Positions 26,863 through 38,088 of a stretch of DNA of 38,299 bases are shown in pieces. Under the pieces are notes generated by a model. That model saw only the letters and a list, made by a program, of their open reading frames with translations, searched no databases and had not been told where the DNA came from. The DNA is taken from positions 1 to 38,299 of the forward strand of contig JACZQV010000004.1 in assembly GCA_022545545.1 (NCBI GenBank), given 5' to 3'. This DNA is from Pseudomonadota bacterium (lineage in GTDB: Bacteria; Pseudomonadota; Alphaproteobacteria; SMXQ01). The position numbers and the translations under genes are program-made. How positions within the stretch are numbered: position 1 is the first letter of the stretch; the number at the start of each line of letters is the position of its first letter.

Positions 26863-28149
26863 CTACCAATGCCTGCAACGCCGGCGTATGCGCCGGTATT
26901 CGCCGGGGGTGTCGAGCGCCGCCTGATCCTTGCGAAGCTCGTCCATCATCTCCCGATAGACCGGTGTCAGCAGTTCTTGTGACAATCCCTCCATCCGCTC
27001 CTTCGCTTGCGTGGGCGAGGAGACGACGACGGGTTCGAGGCCCGTCGGTATGCGATAGGACGTCAGTGCCTTGCGGACCTTGGGGGCGTAAAGCTCGAGG
27101 CTCGCCCGCGCGACGCGGACGTGGTCTTCCTCGTGAAGCAGGATCTCATGATAGGGACATGAGCCCGGCTGGTACTCCTTGGCGACATAGATGTCCATGG
27201 TCGGGTAACGCAGGATCACGTCGACCGCGGTGACGAAAAAGCAATAGGTCTTGCCCACCGGCACATAGGAATATCTGGCGGCGGTCTTGATCTCGAGCGG
27301 GTAGCTGGTCAAGCCGAGGATTTGAGAACCCGGCCCGTGGGGCATCAACCTGCCGAGCTGCCGGATGGAAAGATTGTGATTTATCGGCGCGCTCGGGACC
27401 TCGATCTTCACGTTCACGTCGTAGGGGGCCTTGGCGAAGATCGGGCATTTGCGGCCCGGCTTGATCCGCGGCACCGCCGCGATTCGCGTCGATAGGGTCT
27501 CTTGCCGTGTGCCGGTCTCGGCTTGGCTACCGCCGCCGGGCGCTCTTTTGAGCTTGGCCTCGAGCTCGCGCAGCCTGCGCCTGGCCTTGGCATCGCCCTT
27601 ATCGGCGGCGGTGCGCAGCCAGGCCATGGCCATATCGGTATTTCGCTTGACCCCCTTGCCCCTTGCCAATAGATCGCCCAACTTGCGCTGCGCCTCCACG
27701 TGGCCCTGCTCGGCCGCGAGCTCGTACCACGTGGCGGCCTTGGCGTAGTCCTTCTTCCCCCAGAGACCGGCAACGTACAGATCGCCGATGGCGTTCTGGG
27801 CATCGGCATCGCCGTTCTCGGCGGCGCGCACATACCACTTCGCCGCCTGGAAGAGACCGCGCTCGACCCCGAGGCCGTGATGATACAAAAGCCCCAGATT
27901 GTATTGGGCCAAGGCATCCCCGCGCTCGGCGAGCGGTGTCCAGATCCGCTTCGCGGCGGTGTAATCGCCGCGCTCGTAGGCGGCATAACCGTCATCGGTC
28001 TGACTCCATACCGGCGCCGCCAGGGTGAGGGAGAGCCCCAGTGCGAGGCCCGCGCGAAGGACCCCCCAACGAAGCCGCCGGGGGAATGCATCCCCGGCGT
28101 TACCCCCGGCTCGGCGCCCGGCACGATGAGGTTGGCAGGCAATCGGCAT
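26863..28149 (-). CDS. Secreted Sel1-repeat protein with C-terminal HExxH (zincin-like) domain; start uncertain
   Basis: Signal-like LGLSLTLAAPVWS, three to four Sel1 repeats, C-terminal domain with HEEDH. Confidence 0.75.
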   Translation of the reverse strand: MPIACQPHRAGRRAGGNAGDAFPRRLRWGVLRAGLALGLSLTLAAPVWSQTDDGYAAYERGDYTAAKRIWTPLAERGDALAQYNLGLLYHHGLGVERGLFQAAKWYVRAAENGDADAQNAIGDLYVAGLWGKKDYAKAATWYELAAEQGHVEAQRKLGDLLARGKGVKRNTDMAMAWLRTAADKGDAKARRRLRELEAKLKRAPGGGSQAETGTRQETLSTRIAAVPRIKPGRKCPIFAKAPYDVNVKIEVPSAPINHNLSIRQLGRLMPHGPGSQILGLTSYPLEIKTAARYSYVPVGKTYCFFVTAVDVILRYPTMDIYVAKEYQPGSCPYHEILLHEEDHVRVARASLELYAPKVRKALTSYRIPTGLEPVVVSSPTQAKERMEGLSQELLTPVYREMMDELRKDQAALDTPGEYRRIRRRCRHW

Positions 28150-28500
28150 GTGCTCGAAGGACCCCTTAAACGCCCATTATTTTTACCACGATTGGATGTT
28201 ACCACAGATCGGCGCCGGGGGGCATGCCAAGCCCCATTTTTGCCTTTGGGAGGTCCCTTTAGGTGGGAACATAACAGGAACATTTGGACTGGGCGTTGCT
28301 CTCTTGGCGCGATCCTGAATGCGGTATCCGAATCATCTGTCGGCATCGAACAGTGGACCCTGGCAGGCTTGAGGGCGGGCCTTCGCCGCGCCGACCCGCT
28401 ACGCCAGCGAAGCGTGACGAGAACGGCTTCGGCCGCACAGGCGGGCCTTCGCCGAGGCGGGCCGTGTCTGCGGCCAACGGGGGCCGTCCGCCTCGCGTAC

Positions 28501-28760
28501 TTAGTGCACGCCGCGATTTGCGCCGGCGTCAGCCTTCTCCCGCCGCCGGTTCCGGGACACGGCTTCTTCGCCGGCGTGGGCCCTGACCGCAGAACTCCTC
28601 TTCAGGTGAATAGACCAGGGTCTTGCGGCCGTGGATGGCGAAATAGATCGATGCCGCCAGGTACCAGATGGCGCCGCCGAACACGCCGACCCGGTAGTCC
28701 GGGTTGAGGAACAGGAACAACAGCGTGGCGACGGCGATCTTGGTGTCGATGCCGGCGCCC
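28501..28760 (-). pseudogene. C-terminal remnant of an APC-family (ethanolamine-permease-like) transporter
   Basis: PGA...IAVATLLFLFLNPDYRVGVFGGAIWYLAASIYFAIHGRKTLVYSPEEEF; no upstream body; apparent frameshift after EEF. Confidence 0.6.
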
Positions 28761-28825
28761 GGCCTATCATCATGGGCGCGGTGATGGTCCGTGCCGGACC
28801 GCTGGGTGTGGAAAATCCTTCGGCG

Positions 28826-30046
28826 CTACGCCTGACCGCCTCCGGCCCGGCCGCGAATGGTGGCGGCGCGCGTTTCCATGTTGACCGCATCATTGCCGCG
28901 TCCGGTCATGCGCAACAAGGCGGCATAGTTGTCCAGAGTCGTCGCCACGTCCGGGTGTTCCTCTCCCAGGGCCTTCTCCAGGACCCCCAACGACAGCTTG
29001 TAGAGGGGTTCGGCGGCGGCGAGCTTGCCATGGGTGCGGTAGAGCTCGGCCAGGTTTTCCAGGCTTATCGCCACATGGGGGTGCTCCGGCCCCAGGGCCT
29101 CGGTGTAGATGCTGAGCGAGCGCTTGTAGAGGTTTTCCGCCTCGTCGAAATTGCCCTCATCGTCATGCATCCCGGCCAGGTTGTTGAGGGACGTGGCGAC
29201 GTTGGGGTGCTCGGGCCCCAGGGATTTTTCCAATATGGCGACGGCGCGTCTCGACAGCGGTTCGGCATCCGCGAACCTTCCCTGGGCGTGGTAGACCTGC
29301 GCCAGGCTGTCGAGTGTCAGCGCCACCTGGGGATGGTCCACGCCGACCGCCTTCTCGCGGATTTCCAGGGCCCGCTCATAGAGCGGCTGGGCGAAGGCGA
29401 ATTTCCTCTGGGCGCGGTAGGTTTGGGCCAGTTCATTCAGGCTGTTGGCGATTTCCTCGTGATCCGGCCCGAAGGCCTTCTCATCGACCGCGAGAGAGCG
29501 TTTGTAGAGCTGTTCGGCGTCGGCGTAGTCCCCTCTGGCGCGGTGGACCTGGGCCAGGTTGGAAAGGCTCGTGGCCAAACGCGGGTCGTGCCGCCCGAAG
29601 CCTTCCGCCAGTCTCAAGGCGGCGAGGAAAGGGGTCTCGGCCTCGTCATAGCTCGATCGCTCGAAAGCCGCGGTTCCGGCGTCGGTGTAACTTTCCCAGC
29701 GCTTGTTCTCGCGGGCCTCCTCGCGCGTACCCGACCGGCGGCGCGCCTTGATCACGACGCCGACGCCGACCGCCAGAGACAGGAAGCTGGCCGCCACGAG
29801 GAATTCGATCAGCCGCCAGGATACGACGTAGCGGTAGATGTCGGTGACGATACCGCTCGTCGGCAGGATGTCCGGGACCTTTCGCGTTTTGGCGGCGGAC
29901 GGCGATGGGTCCGCGGGCGGTGTCTGTCCGGCGGACGTCTGGGCCAGTGCCGACGACAAGACGCCGCCGCCGGCGGTGGCGCCGGCGATCAACATCAAAA
30001 CGACACAGGCGGCCCGGGCCGCTTTTGGTACGCCCAACCCTGACAT
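28826..30046 (-). CDS. Membrane-anchored TPR protein (kinesin-light-chain-like repeats); start uncertain
   Basis: Signal plus TM helix followed by five to six HP.VA.SLNNLA.Y..QG...AE.LY.R.L repeats. Confidence 0.85.
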   Translation of the reverse strand: MSGLGVPKAARAACVVLMLIAGATAGGGVLSSALAQTSAGQTPPADPSPSAAKTRKVPDILPTSGIVTDIYRYVVSWRLIEFLVAASFLSLAVGVGVVIKARRRSGTREEARENKRWESYTDAGTAAFERSSYDEAETPFLAALRLAEGFGRHDPRLATSLSNLAQVHRARGDYADAEQLYKRSLAVDEKAFGPDHEEIANSLNELAQTYRAQRKFAFAQPLYERALEIREKAVGVDHPQVALTLDSLAQVYHAQGRFADAEPLSRRAVAILEKSLGPEHPNVATSLNNLAGMHDDEGNFDEAENLYKRSLSIYTEALGPEHPHVAISLENLAELYRTHGKLAAAEPLYKLSLGVLEKALGEEHPDVATTLDNYAALLRMTGRGNDAVNMETRAATIRGRAGGGQA

Positions 30047-30323
30047 CTGCCTGATCAATGCCCCTGGCGGACTTAATGTTGGTGCTGCGCGAGCAGTGAT
30101 TGGGCCCACGCTAGCACAAATCCCCGCCCGACGTAATACCCGGTGGTGATAGAGGGTTAACCTTCGCCGCCCAATGGCGGGCCGAATTTCCCTGTGGTTT
30201 CCAGCCGCACGCTGCCCTCGGTCCGGCGGTGGTCACCCTCGGTCCGGGTCGCTCTCGAAAAGGACGCCGCCGTCGCCGAGGAATATCCGCAATCTACTTG
30301 CCTTACCGCCGGGCGGGGGTGGC

Positions 30324-30755
30324 TCAGGCCTTGGCGACATAATCGCGAAGCGCGTTGGCCTCGCGCTCGATCTCATCCAAGCGGTCCTTCACCACGTCGC
30401 CGATGCTGACGATGCCGCAAAGCCCGCCGTCCTCGATCACCGGGATGTGGCGGATTCGCCGCTCGGTCATGACCGCCATCAAATCCCCCGTGGTATCGTT
30501 CGGCGTGCAGGTAAACACCTCGGCCGTCATCAGCTCATCGGCCCGCTTTTCCAGCAGATCGAGACCGTGATCGGCGAGACCCCTTATGATATCCCGCTCG
30601 GAAATGATGCCGAGCACCTTGACGCCGTCGTCGCTGACGACGAGCGCCCCGATCTTTTCCTGCTTCAGCTTTGCGGCGATGTCGGTGATCGTCGCCTCCG
30701 GTGGCGCCGTCGCGACGGACGACCCCTTGGTTCTCAGTAACGACGCAACATCCAT
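30324..30755 (-). CDS. CBS-domain protein
   Basis: MDVASLLRTKG, IGALVV, GIISERD, RIRHIPV, GIVSIGDVVK; GGAGGG RBS. Confidence 0.92.
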   Translation of the reverse strand: MDVASLLRTKGSSVATAPPEATITDIAAKLKQEKIGALVVSDDGVKVLGIISERDIIRGLADHGLDLLEKRADELMTAEVFTCTPNDTTGDLMAVMTERRIRHIPVIEDGGLCGIVSIGDVVKDRLDEIEREANALRDYVAKA

Positions 30756-30893
30756 GATTCCCTCCGTTGATCCCTTGATTCGAGTAACCGTCCCCTCAAT
30801 GAAACGACGCAACTTACGAAGGCAAATTCCGTCGCGCGGGCGGCCTATTGCGGCGCCCAAGCCCCTATGTTCGCTCCGGCATCGTTACCGGGT

Positions 30894-31670
30894 TCAATCC
30901 TCCCCGCCAGGGCGCTCGCCCGGCGATGGCAGGAGGGCGTTGAAGAGGTCGATAGGCAGTGGAAAGACGATGGTCGAGGTCCTCTCCCCGGCGATGTCGT
31001 GGAGCGCATTGAGATAGCGCAGCTGCATGGCCTGTGGGTTCGCGGACATGATATTGGCGGCGTCCAGCAGCTTCTCGGCGGCCTGAAGCTCGCCCGTGGC
31101 ATTGATGATCTTGGCGCGGCGCATGCGCTCCGCCTCCGCCTGCTTGGCGATGGCGCGGATCATGCTCTCGTCCAGGTCCACGTGTTTGATCTCGACGTTC
31201 AGCACCTTGATACCCCAGGCGTCGGTCTGCTCATCGAGCAAGCGTTGAAGGTCCACATTCAGCTTGTCGCGTTCGGCCAGCATCTCGTCGAGCTCGTGCT
31301 GGCCCAGCACCGAGCGCAGGGTCGTCTGCGCGAGCTGGCTGGTGGCGGCGCGGAAATCCTCGACCTGGATGATGGCCCTCTGGGCATCGATGACCCGGTA
31401 GTAGACGACGGCGTTGACCTTGACCGAGACGTTGTCCCGCGAAATCACGTCCTGGGTCGGCACGTCCAGCACCACGGTGCGCAGATCCACCCGCACCATC
31501 TGCTGGATGATGGGCACCACGATGATGAGGCCAGGCCCCTTGACCTTCCAGAAGCGGCCGAGCAGGAAGATTACGCCGCGCTCGTACTCGCGCAGGACGC
31601 GCAGGGTATAGATAACGAGTGCGAAGACGATGACGGCGGCGCCGAGATAGACGTAAAGTTCGATCGACAT
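30894..31670 (-). CDS. Slipin/SPFH (stomatin-like) protein
   Basis: [55 protein letters not shown]. Confidence 0.93.
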   Translation of the reverse strand: MSIELYVYLGAAVIVFALVIYTLRVLREYERGVIFLLGRFWKVKGPGLIIVVPIIQQMVRVDLRTVVLDVPTQDVISRDNVSVKVNAVVYYRVIDAQRAIIQVEDFRAATSQLAQTTLRSVLGQHELDEMLAERDKLNVDLQRLLDEQTDAWGIKVLNVEIKHVDLDESMIRAIAKQAEAERMRRAKIINATGELQAAEKLLDAANIMSANPQAMQLRYLNALHDIAGERTSTIVFPLPIDLFNALLPSPGERPGGED

Positions 31671-31671
31671 A

Positions 31672-33162
31672 TCAGTCCTCCCTTTCTTGCTCCGCCGGTT
31701 CCACCAACAGGGTCAGCCCTTCGATACCGGCGATGTGAACCCGCGCGCCCGGCTCGAAAACCGCCGCCGCGCTTGCCTGCCAGGCCTCGCCATGCACCCG
31801 GATGGTACCATCGCGGTCCGTCCAGTTAATCACCCGGCCGTAACTGCCGAGAAGTTCTTCCCGGCCGCTGACCACCGGGCGCTTCCGTGCCTTCAACGCC
31901 ATGGCGAGCACGAACATGAAGAAGGCGCCGCTGGTCGCCGCCGCGACGGCGATGAGGGGCCAGGAAATGGTGTAGTCCGGGACTTCAGTGTCGATAAGAA
32001 ACACAGACCCGATGACGAAGGCAATAACGCCGCCGATGCCAAGGATGCCGAAGGACGGAAGGAACGCCTCGGCGGTCATCAAGGCGATGCCGAGCAGGAT
32101 GAGGCCAAGACCGGCGTAATTGATCGGCAGGAGGTTGAGCGCATATAGAGCGAGCAGCAGGGAGATGGCGCCTACGACGCCCGGCACCACGGCGCCTGGA
32201 TTCCAGAACTCGAGGATCAGGCCGTAGAAACCGATCATGAGCAGGATATAGGCCAGATTGGGATTGGTGATGACGGCCAGCAGTTCGTTGCGCCAGTCGG
32301 GCACGATGGCGACCACTTTCGCCCCCTTGGTGGCGAGACGCCGCTCCTCCTTGAGCACGGTGACCTTGCGCCCGTCGATCACCTCTAGAAGCTCCGCGAT
32401 GTCGCGGGCCATGACATCGATCACCCCCTTCTTCAACGCCTCTTCGGCGGGAAGGCTGGCCGCCTCGCTGACCGCCTTCTCGGCCCATTCGACGTTGCGC
32501 CCGCGCATCTGGGCGAGGCCGCGGATATAGGCGACGGCGTCGTTCAGCGCCTTGTCGCCGATGGTGGGATGGTCGCCACGCTCCGCGGCCGGAGACTTTT
32601 TGGCGCCCCCGTCCTCGGTCTTTTTCTCTTTATCGGCTTCGCCGTTCTCGTCCTTGCCCTTTTCCTTTTGGGGCTTTTCCTTGTCGCCTTTGGGGTCGCG
32701 TCCGGGCATTGGGATGGGCGATCCGCCGCCGATCTGCACCGGCGTCGCGGCGCCGAGGTTGGTCCCCGGCGCCATGGCCGCGACGTGGCTCGCATAGAGG
32801 ATGTAGGTCCCGGCGCTGGCGGCGCGGGCGCCGCTCGGCGCGACGTAAGTGACGACGGGGATGGGAGAGGCGATGATGTTCTTGATGATCTCCCGCATCG
32901 AGGTGGAAAGCCCGCCGGGCGTGTCCATGTGCAGGAGGACGATGGAGGCGTTGCGCTCCCGCGCCTTGGCGAGGCCGCGCTCGATATAGTCGGCGGTGGC
33001 GGGACCGATGGCGCCCTTGATTTCGAGCTGGACGACCGTACCCGGCCCGTCGGCTTCGGCGCCGATAACGGCGTCCGCCTCGGCCCCCGGAGCCGCTTGG
33101 GCGTGGCCAAGGCCCGCCGCAAGGACGGCCAGGACCACGACAAGGGGTCTTAGAACGACCAT
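31672..33162 (-). CDS. nfeD: NfeD membrane-bound ClpP-class serine protease (long form)
   Basis: [28 protein letters not shown] bundle, C-terminal OB fold (VHGEAWQA); adjacent slipin. Confidence 0.92.
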   Translation of the reverse strand: MVVLRPLVVVLAVLAAGLGHAQAAPGAEADAVIGAEADGPGTVVQLEIKGAIGPATADYIERGLAKARERNASIVLLHMDTPGGLSTSMREIIKNIIASPIPVVTYVAPSGARAASAGTYILYASHVAAMAPGTNLGAATPVQIGGGSPIPMPGRDPKGDKEKPQKEKGKDENGEADKEKKTEDGGAKKSPAAERGDHPTIGDKALNDAVAYIRGLAQMRGRNVEWAEKAVSEAASLPAEEALKKGVIDVMARDIAELLEVIDGRKVTVLKEERRLATKGAKVVAIVPDWRNELLAVITNPNLAYILLMIGFYGLILEFWNPGAVVPGVVGAISLLLALYALNLLPINYAGLGLILLGIALMTAEAFLPSFGILGIGGVIAFVIGSVFLIDTEVPDYTISWPLIAVAAATSGAFFMFVLAMALKARKRPVVSGREELLGSYGRVINWTDRDGTIRVHGEAWQASAAAVFEPGARVHIAGIEGLTLLVEPAEQERED

Positions 33163-33477
33163 GCCCTGAATTCCTGCGCGCCGCGGTTGACGTCGCCGGG
33201 CGGCGTTCAGTGGCTTTCATCCGCGCCCGCCACCTGCCGGCGGTGCCAGGCGCTACGTTCCGATCATAGGCCGGCCCGGAGGTTTTCTCAAGCGAACCGC
33301 CGACAACGCCGGCGGGACCGTAGACTAGGGTGGCCGGGTGGGTGCGCGGTATGCGCGGTCAGTGTCCAGCCAATCGGATAACGCTCTAGCAATCCCTGGG
33401 CGCCCCGGGGCTCAGGGCCGACGGGAAGGGGCGGGGAAAGCGCCGGGCCGGGGCCCGACGCTCTCCGGATCCATGCC

Positions 33478-33945
33478 TTAGGCGGCTTTCTTCTTATTGT
33501 CGTGGAACAGCTTCTTGCGCGCCGAGGTCGAAATTTCGATCCGGCGCGGTTTCATCTCTTCCGGCAGCTCGCGGACGAGATCGATGTGCAAGAGGCCGTT
33601 TTCGAGATCGGCGCCGGCGACCTTGACATGGTCGGCAAGGCGGAACTGACGGGTGAAGCCGCGCCCGGCGATGCCGCGATGGAGATAGGCGTTATCCGCC
33701 ACCTCCTCGCGCCTCTTGGCGCTGACGACGAGGGTGTTGGCGCGGGCTTCGACGTTCAGGTCTTCCTTGCCCAACCCGGCGACCGCCATGGTGACGCGGT
33801 AGCTGTCCTCGCCGGTCTTCTCGATGTTGTAGGGCGGGTAGCCGACCTCGGCGGTATCCCGCCTCAAGGCATCCTCGAAGAACAGGAACAGACGGTCGAA
33901 GCCGACCGTGGAACGGAACAATGGAGAGAAGTCGAGAGTAGTCAT
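33478..33945 (-). CDS. ibpA: Small heat shock protein, IbpA-type Hsp20
   Basis: MTTLDFSPLFRSTVGFDRL, YPPYNIEK, YLHRGIA.R.F, LENGLLHIDL, PEEMKPRRIEI; AAGGAGG RBS. Confidence 0.93.
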   Translation of the reverse strand: MTTLDFSPLFRSTVGFDRLFLFFEDALRRDTAEVGYPPYNIEKTGEDSYRVTMAVAGLGKEDLNVEARANTLVVSAKRREEVADNAYLHRGIAGRGFTRQFRLADHVKVAGADLENGLLHIDLVRELPEEMKPRRIEISTSARKKLFHDNKKKAA

Positions 33946-33947
33946 GG

Positions 33948-33978
33948 CTACATATCCTCCTTCAGAAGCAACATGCAG
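33948..33978 (-). promoter_or_regulatory. ROSE-like RNA thermometer hairpin
   Basis: 5' UTR CUGCAUGUUGCUU-CUG-AAGGAGGAUAUGUAG pairs over the SD and contains the ROSE U(U/C)GCU motif. Confidence 0.65.
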
Positions 33979-34010
33979 ATTGTTGGCCCACCGCGATGGT
34001 CGGGCCGCTC

Positions 34011-34037
34011 TTAGCACTCATTCACATCGAGTGCTAA
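34011..34037. promoter_or_regulatory. CIRCE element (HrcA operator)
   Basis: Perfect TTAGCACTC-ATTCACATC-GAGTGCTAA. Confidence 0.95.
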
Positions 34038-34047
34038 CCCACATCCC

Positions 34048-34076
34048 ATATGGGAATTCCGCCCGGCGCCGTCAAG
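34048..34076 (-). promoter_or_regulatory. RpoH (sigma32)-type promoter of ibpA
   Basis: Minus strand CTTGAC-N16-CCCATAT, immediately upstream of CIRCE. Confidence 0.7.
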
Positions 34077-34229
34077 ATGGTTCGAGGCTTCGCCGGCGAC
34101 GGGACTCCCGGCCTCATCCGGATTACAATGAAATAGTGACCCGATCGCGCGAGGAGGCCGGCCGGCCGGTGGCGGGCCGCGCGCGCGGTGCCTTGACGAA
34201 AAATAGACGGCCGATCGCAGGGAGGATTT

Positions 34230-35114
34230 ATGTTCGAAGGCTTCACCAAGACCCAAATCGAGACCACCGGGGCGACCATCAACCTGGTCCATGGCGGCTC
34301 CGGGCCGCCGCTCCTGCTGCTTCACGGCAATCCCTTCAACTACGTCATGTGGCACAAGATCGCGCCCGAGCTTGCCCGCGACTTCACCGTCGTGGCGGCC
34401 GATCTCAGGGGTTACGGCGACAGCTCCAAGCCCGACGGCGGCCCCGATCACGCCGCCTATTCCTTCCGCGCCATGGCCGATGACCAGGTCGAGGTCATGG
34501 CCAAGCTCGGCTTCGATTCCTTCTTCCTCGCCGGTCACGACCGCGGCGCCCGGGTCAGCCACCGCCTGGCGCTGGATCATCCCGACAAGGTCGTCAAGCT
34601 CGCCCTCATCGACATCGTGCCGACCCACACGGCGCTGACCGAACTGCCGCTCGGCTGGGTCCGGGAATCCTATCACTGGTTCTTCCTCGCCCAGCCCTAT
34701 GACTATCCCGAAAGGCTGATCTGCACCGATCTCGAATATTACATGCGCAAGAAGCTCGACAAGAAGGGGGTGGGCTTGAGCCCCTTCACCGAAGAGGCCT
34801 TGGCCGAATATATCCGCTGCTGCACGCCGGAGCAGATCCACGGGGTGTGCGAGGATTACCGCGCCACGCTCACCATCGACTTCCCCCTGGATTCCGCCGA
34901 TTTCGGCGCCAAGAAGATCGCCTGTCCGGTGCAGGCGCTGTGGGGGGAGTTGAGCCATGTCGAGCGCCACTTCAAGCCGATGGAGGCGTGGAGCCGCTGG
35001 GCCGACGATCTCCGCGGCAAGGCCTTGCCGTCGGGCCACTATCCGGCCGAACAGTGCCCGGAAGAGACCTATGAAGCGCTCTACGGCTTCTTCTCGGGCC
35101 GGGAGGACGCATAA
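34230..35114 (+). CDS. Alpha/beta hydrolase, fluoroacetate/haloacetate dehalogenase-like
   Basis: LLHGNP, DLRGYG, GHDRGARV nucleophile elbow, YHWFF, CEDYRA, GHYPAE. Confidence 0.85.
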   Translation: MFEGFTKTQIETTGATINLVHGGSGPPLLLLHGNPFNYVMWHKIAPELARDFTVVAADLRGYGDSSKPDGGPDHAAYSFRAMADDQVEVMAKLGFDSFFLAGHDRGARVSHRLALDHPDKVVKLALIDIVPTHTALTELPLGWVRESYHWFFLAQPYDYPERLICTDLEYYMRKKLDKKGVGLSPFTEEALAEYIRCCTPEQIHGVCEDYRATLTIDFPLDSADFGAKKIACPVQALWGELSHVERHFKPMEAWSRWADDLRGKALPSGHYPAEQCPEETYEALYGFFSGREDA

Positions 35115-35116
35115 AG

Positions 35117-36193
<1,077 letters not shown>

Positions 36194-36340
36194 GGGCGAT
36201 AATCCCGCGGCGATGGTGGCACGCGCGCATCTCATCGAGGCCGCCGGTCATTGCCGCTGAACGAGAATCCTTCTAAAATTGCGCGTAACAACAAGGCATA
36301 TCCGGGATGTGCTGAATCGTAATCGGGGATGCTTCGGGCC

Positions 36341-38077
36341 ATGAAACTGCTATCGGTCAATGTTTCGCTGCCTCGCGAGATCAGCCATGAAGGCAGGACC
36401 GTGACGACCGGCATCTTCAAGCAGCCGGTCGACGGACGGGTCATGCTCGGAACGCTCAACCTGGAAGGAGACGGGCAAGCGGACCTGGTCGGCCACGGCG
36501 GCGTCTATAAGGCGGCCTATGTCTATTCCATGGAGAACTACGCCTACTGGGAAAGGGAACTCGGGCGAAGCGACTTCGGCTTCGGGCAGTTCGGCGAGAA
36601 CTTCACCGTCGAGGGGATGGCGGACGAAGCTATCCATATCGGCGATGTGTTCCGGATCGGCGACGCCCTGGTTGAAGTCTCCCAGCCGCGCGTGCCGTGC
36701 TTCAAGCTTGCCATCAGAATGGGAATCGACGGGTTCGAGCACGTCCTGTTGTCAAGCAACCGCGTCGGCTTCTACCTCAGGGTGCTCGAGGAAGGCGAGG
36801 TGGGCGCCGGCGATACCATAGAGCGGGTAGAGGCCTCCTCCGCCGGCGTGACCGTCGCCGAGATGAACAATCTCCTCTATTTCGACCTCGGCAATCTGGC
36901 AGGCGCGAGGAAGGCCCTTGGCATCAAGGCGCTGTCGCCAGGCTGGCGCGGATCCTTCGAAGATCGCCTGGCCAAGGCCGAGGTTTCGGGCAAGGCGCCG
37001 GAGGGCTTCCGGTCCCTGATCGTGGAGCGCAAGGAGCGTGAGAGTGAGACCATCACCTCGTTCTATCTCGTGGCCGAGGACGGCAAGCCCCTGGCCCCCT
37101 TCATGCCGGGCCAATTCCTCCCGATCCGGCTCGAGATACCCGGCCAACCGAAGCCCCTGAACCGCACCTATTCGATTTCCGATGGTCCCAACCGGGACAC
37201 CTACCGGCTTTCCATCAAGCGGGAGGTGGCGCCTGGCGACGCGCCCGACGCGCCGCCCGGACGGTCGTCCAACTACTTCCACGATCATGTGAAGCCGGGC
37301 ACCAGGCTCCGTGTCAAGTCACCGCGCGGAAAATTCTTCCTCGACCCCAAGGGGGAGGGGGGACTGGCACTGGTCAGCGCCGGGGTCGGGCTTACGCCGA
37401 TGGTCAGCATGCTGAACGCCATCGTCGAGGCCGGCTCGAGGAGGCCGACATGGTTCGTCCACGGCGCACGCAATGGCGCCGAGCACGCCATGGGCGCGCA
37501 GGTTCGCCGCCTCGCCCGGGAAAACGATAATGTGGACGTTCACGTCCGTTACAGCCGGCCCGGGCCGGATGACATGGAGGGCCGGGACCACGACAGCGAG
37601 GGCCATGTCGACGTGGCGCTTCTGAAGCGGCTGCTTCCCGGCAACGATGTCCACTTCTACCTGTGCGGCCCGACGCCCTTCATGAGGTCCCTGTTCAACG
37701 GTCTTATCACCTGGGGGGTCCCGGAAGATCGCATCCATTACGAGTTCTTCGGACCCGCATCGGCGCTGATCGAGAGAAAAGGCGCGAAGGCGACCGGGGG
37801 CGACTGCGTCGAGTGCGCGACGGACATCGAGGTGACGTTCACGCGCTCGGGCCGGACCGCCAACTGGAACCCGTCGTTCGGAACCATCCTCGACATGGCG
37901 GAGGGATTGGGCCTCAATCCGCCCTACAGTTGCCGGTCGGGCATCTGCCATACCTGCAAGTGCGCGATCGAGTATGGCGAGGTGGAATACGTGGAGGAGC
38001 CGCTCGATCCGCCGGAACCGGGAACGGCCCTGATCTGCTGCTCCAAGCCCAAGACCAATGTGTCGGTCGATGCGTGA
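36341..38077 (+). CDS. MOSC / 3-alpha / FAD-NAD reductase / 2Fe-2S fusion oxidoreductase
   Basis: TGIFKQPV, QFGENFT, SQPRVPCFK (MOSC Cys), RTYSIS, AGVGLTPM, YLCGP, YSCRSGICHTC...ICC. Confidence 0.9.
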   Translation: MKLLSVNVSLPREISHEGRTVTTGIFKQPVDGRVMLGTLNLEGDGQADLVGHGGVYKAAYVYSMENYAYWERELGRSDFGFGQFGENFTVEGMADEAIHIGDVFRIGDALVEVSQPRVPCFKLAIRMGIDGFEHVLLSSNRVGFYLRVLEEGEVGAGDTIERVEASSAGVTVAEMNNLLYFDLGNLAGARKALGIKALSPGWRGSFEDRLAKAEVSGKAPEGFRSLIVERKERESETITSFYLVAEDGKPLAPFMPGQFLPIRLEIPGQPKPLNRTYSISDGPNRDTYRLSIKREVAPGDAPDAPPGRSSNYFHDHVKPGTRLRVKSPRGKFFLDPKGEGGLALVSAGVGLTPMVSMLNAIVEAGSRRPTWFVHGARNGAEHAMGAQVRRLARENDNVDVHVRYSRPGPDDMEGRDHDSEGHVDVALLKRLLPGNDVHFYLCGPTPFMRSLFNGLITWGVPEDRIHYEFFGPASALIERKGAKATGGDCVECATDIEVTFTRSGRTANWNPSFGTILDMAEGLGLNPPYSCRSGICHTCKCAIEYGEVEYVEEPLDPPEPGTALICCSKPKTNVSVDA

Positions 38078-38088
38078 GCGATCGGCGC

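Noticed and set aside
28166-28180. Second CtrA box (TTAA-N7-TTAT)
   Set aside because: Mismatch in the second half-site; insufficient support.
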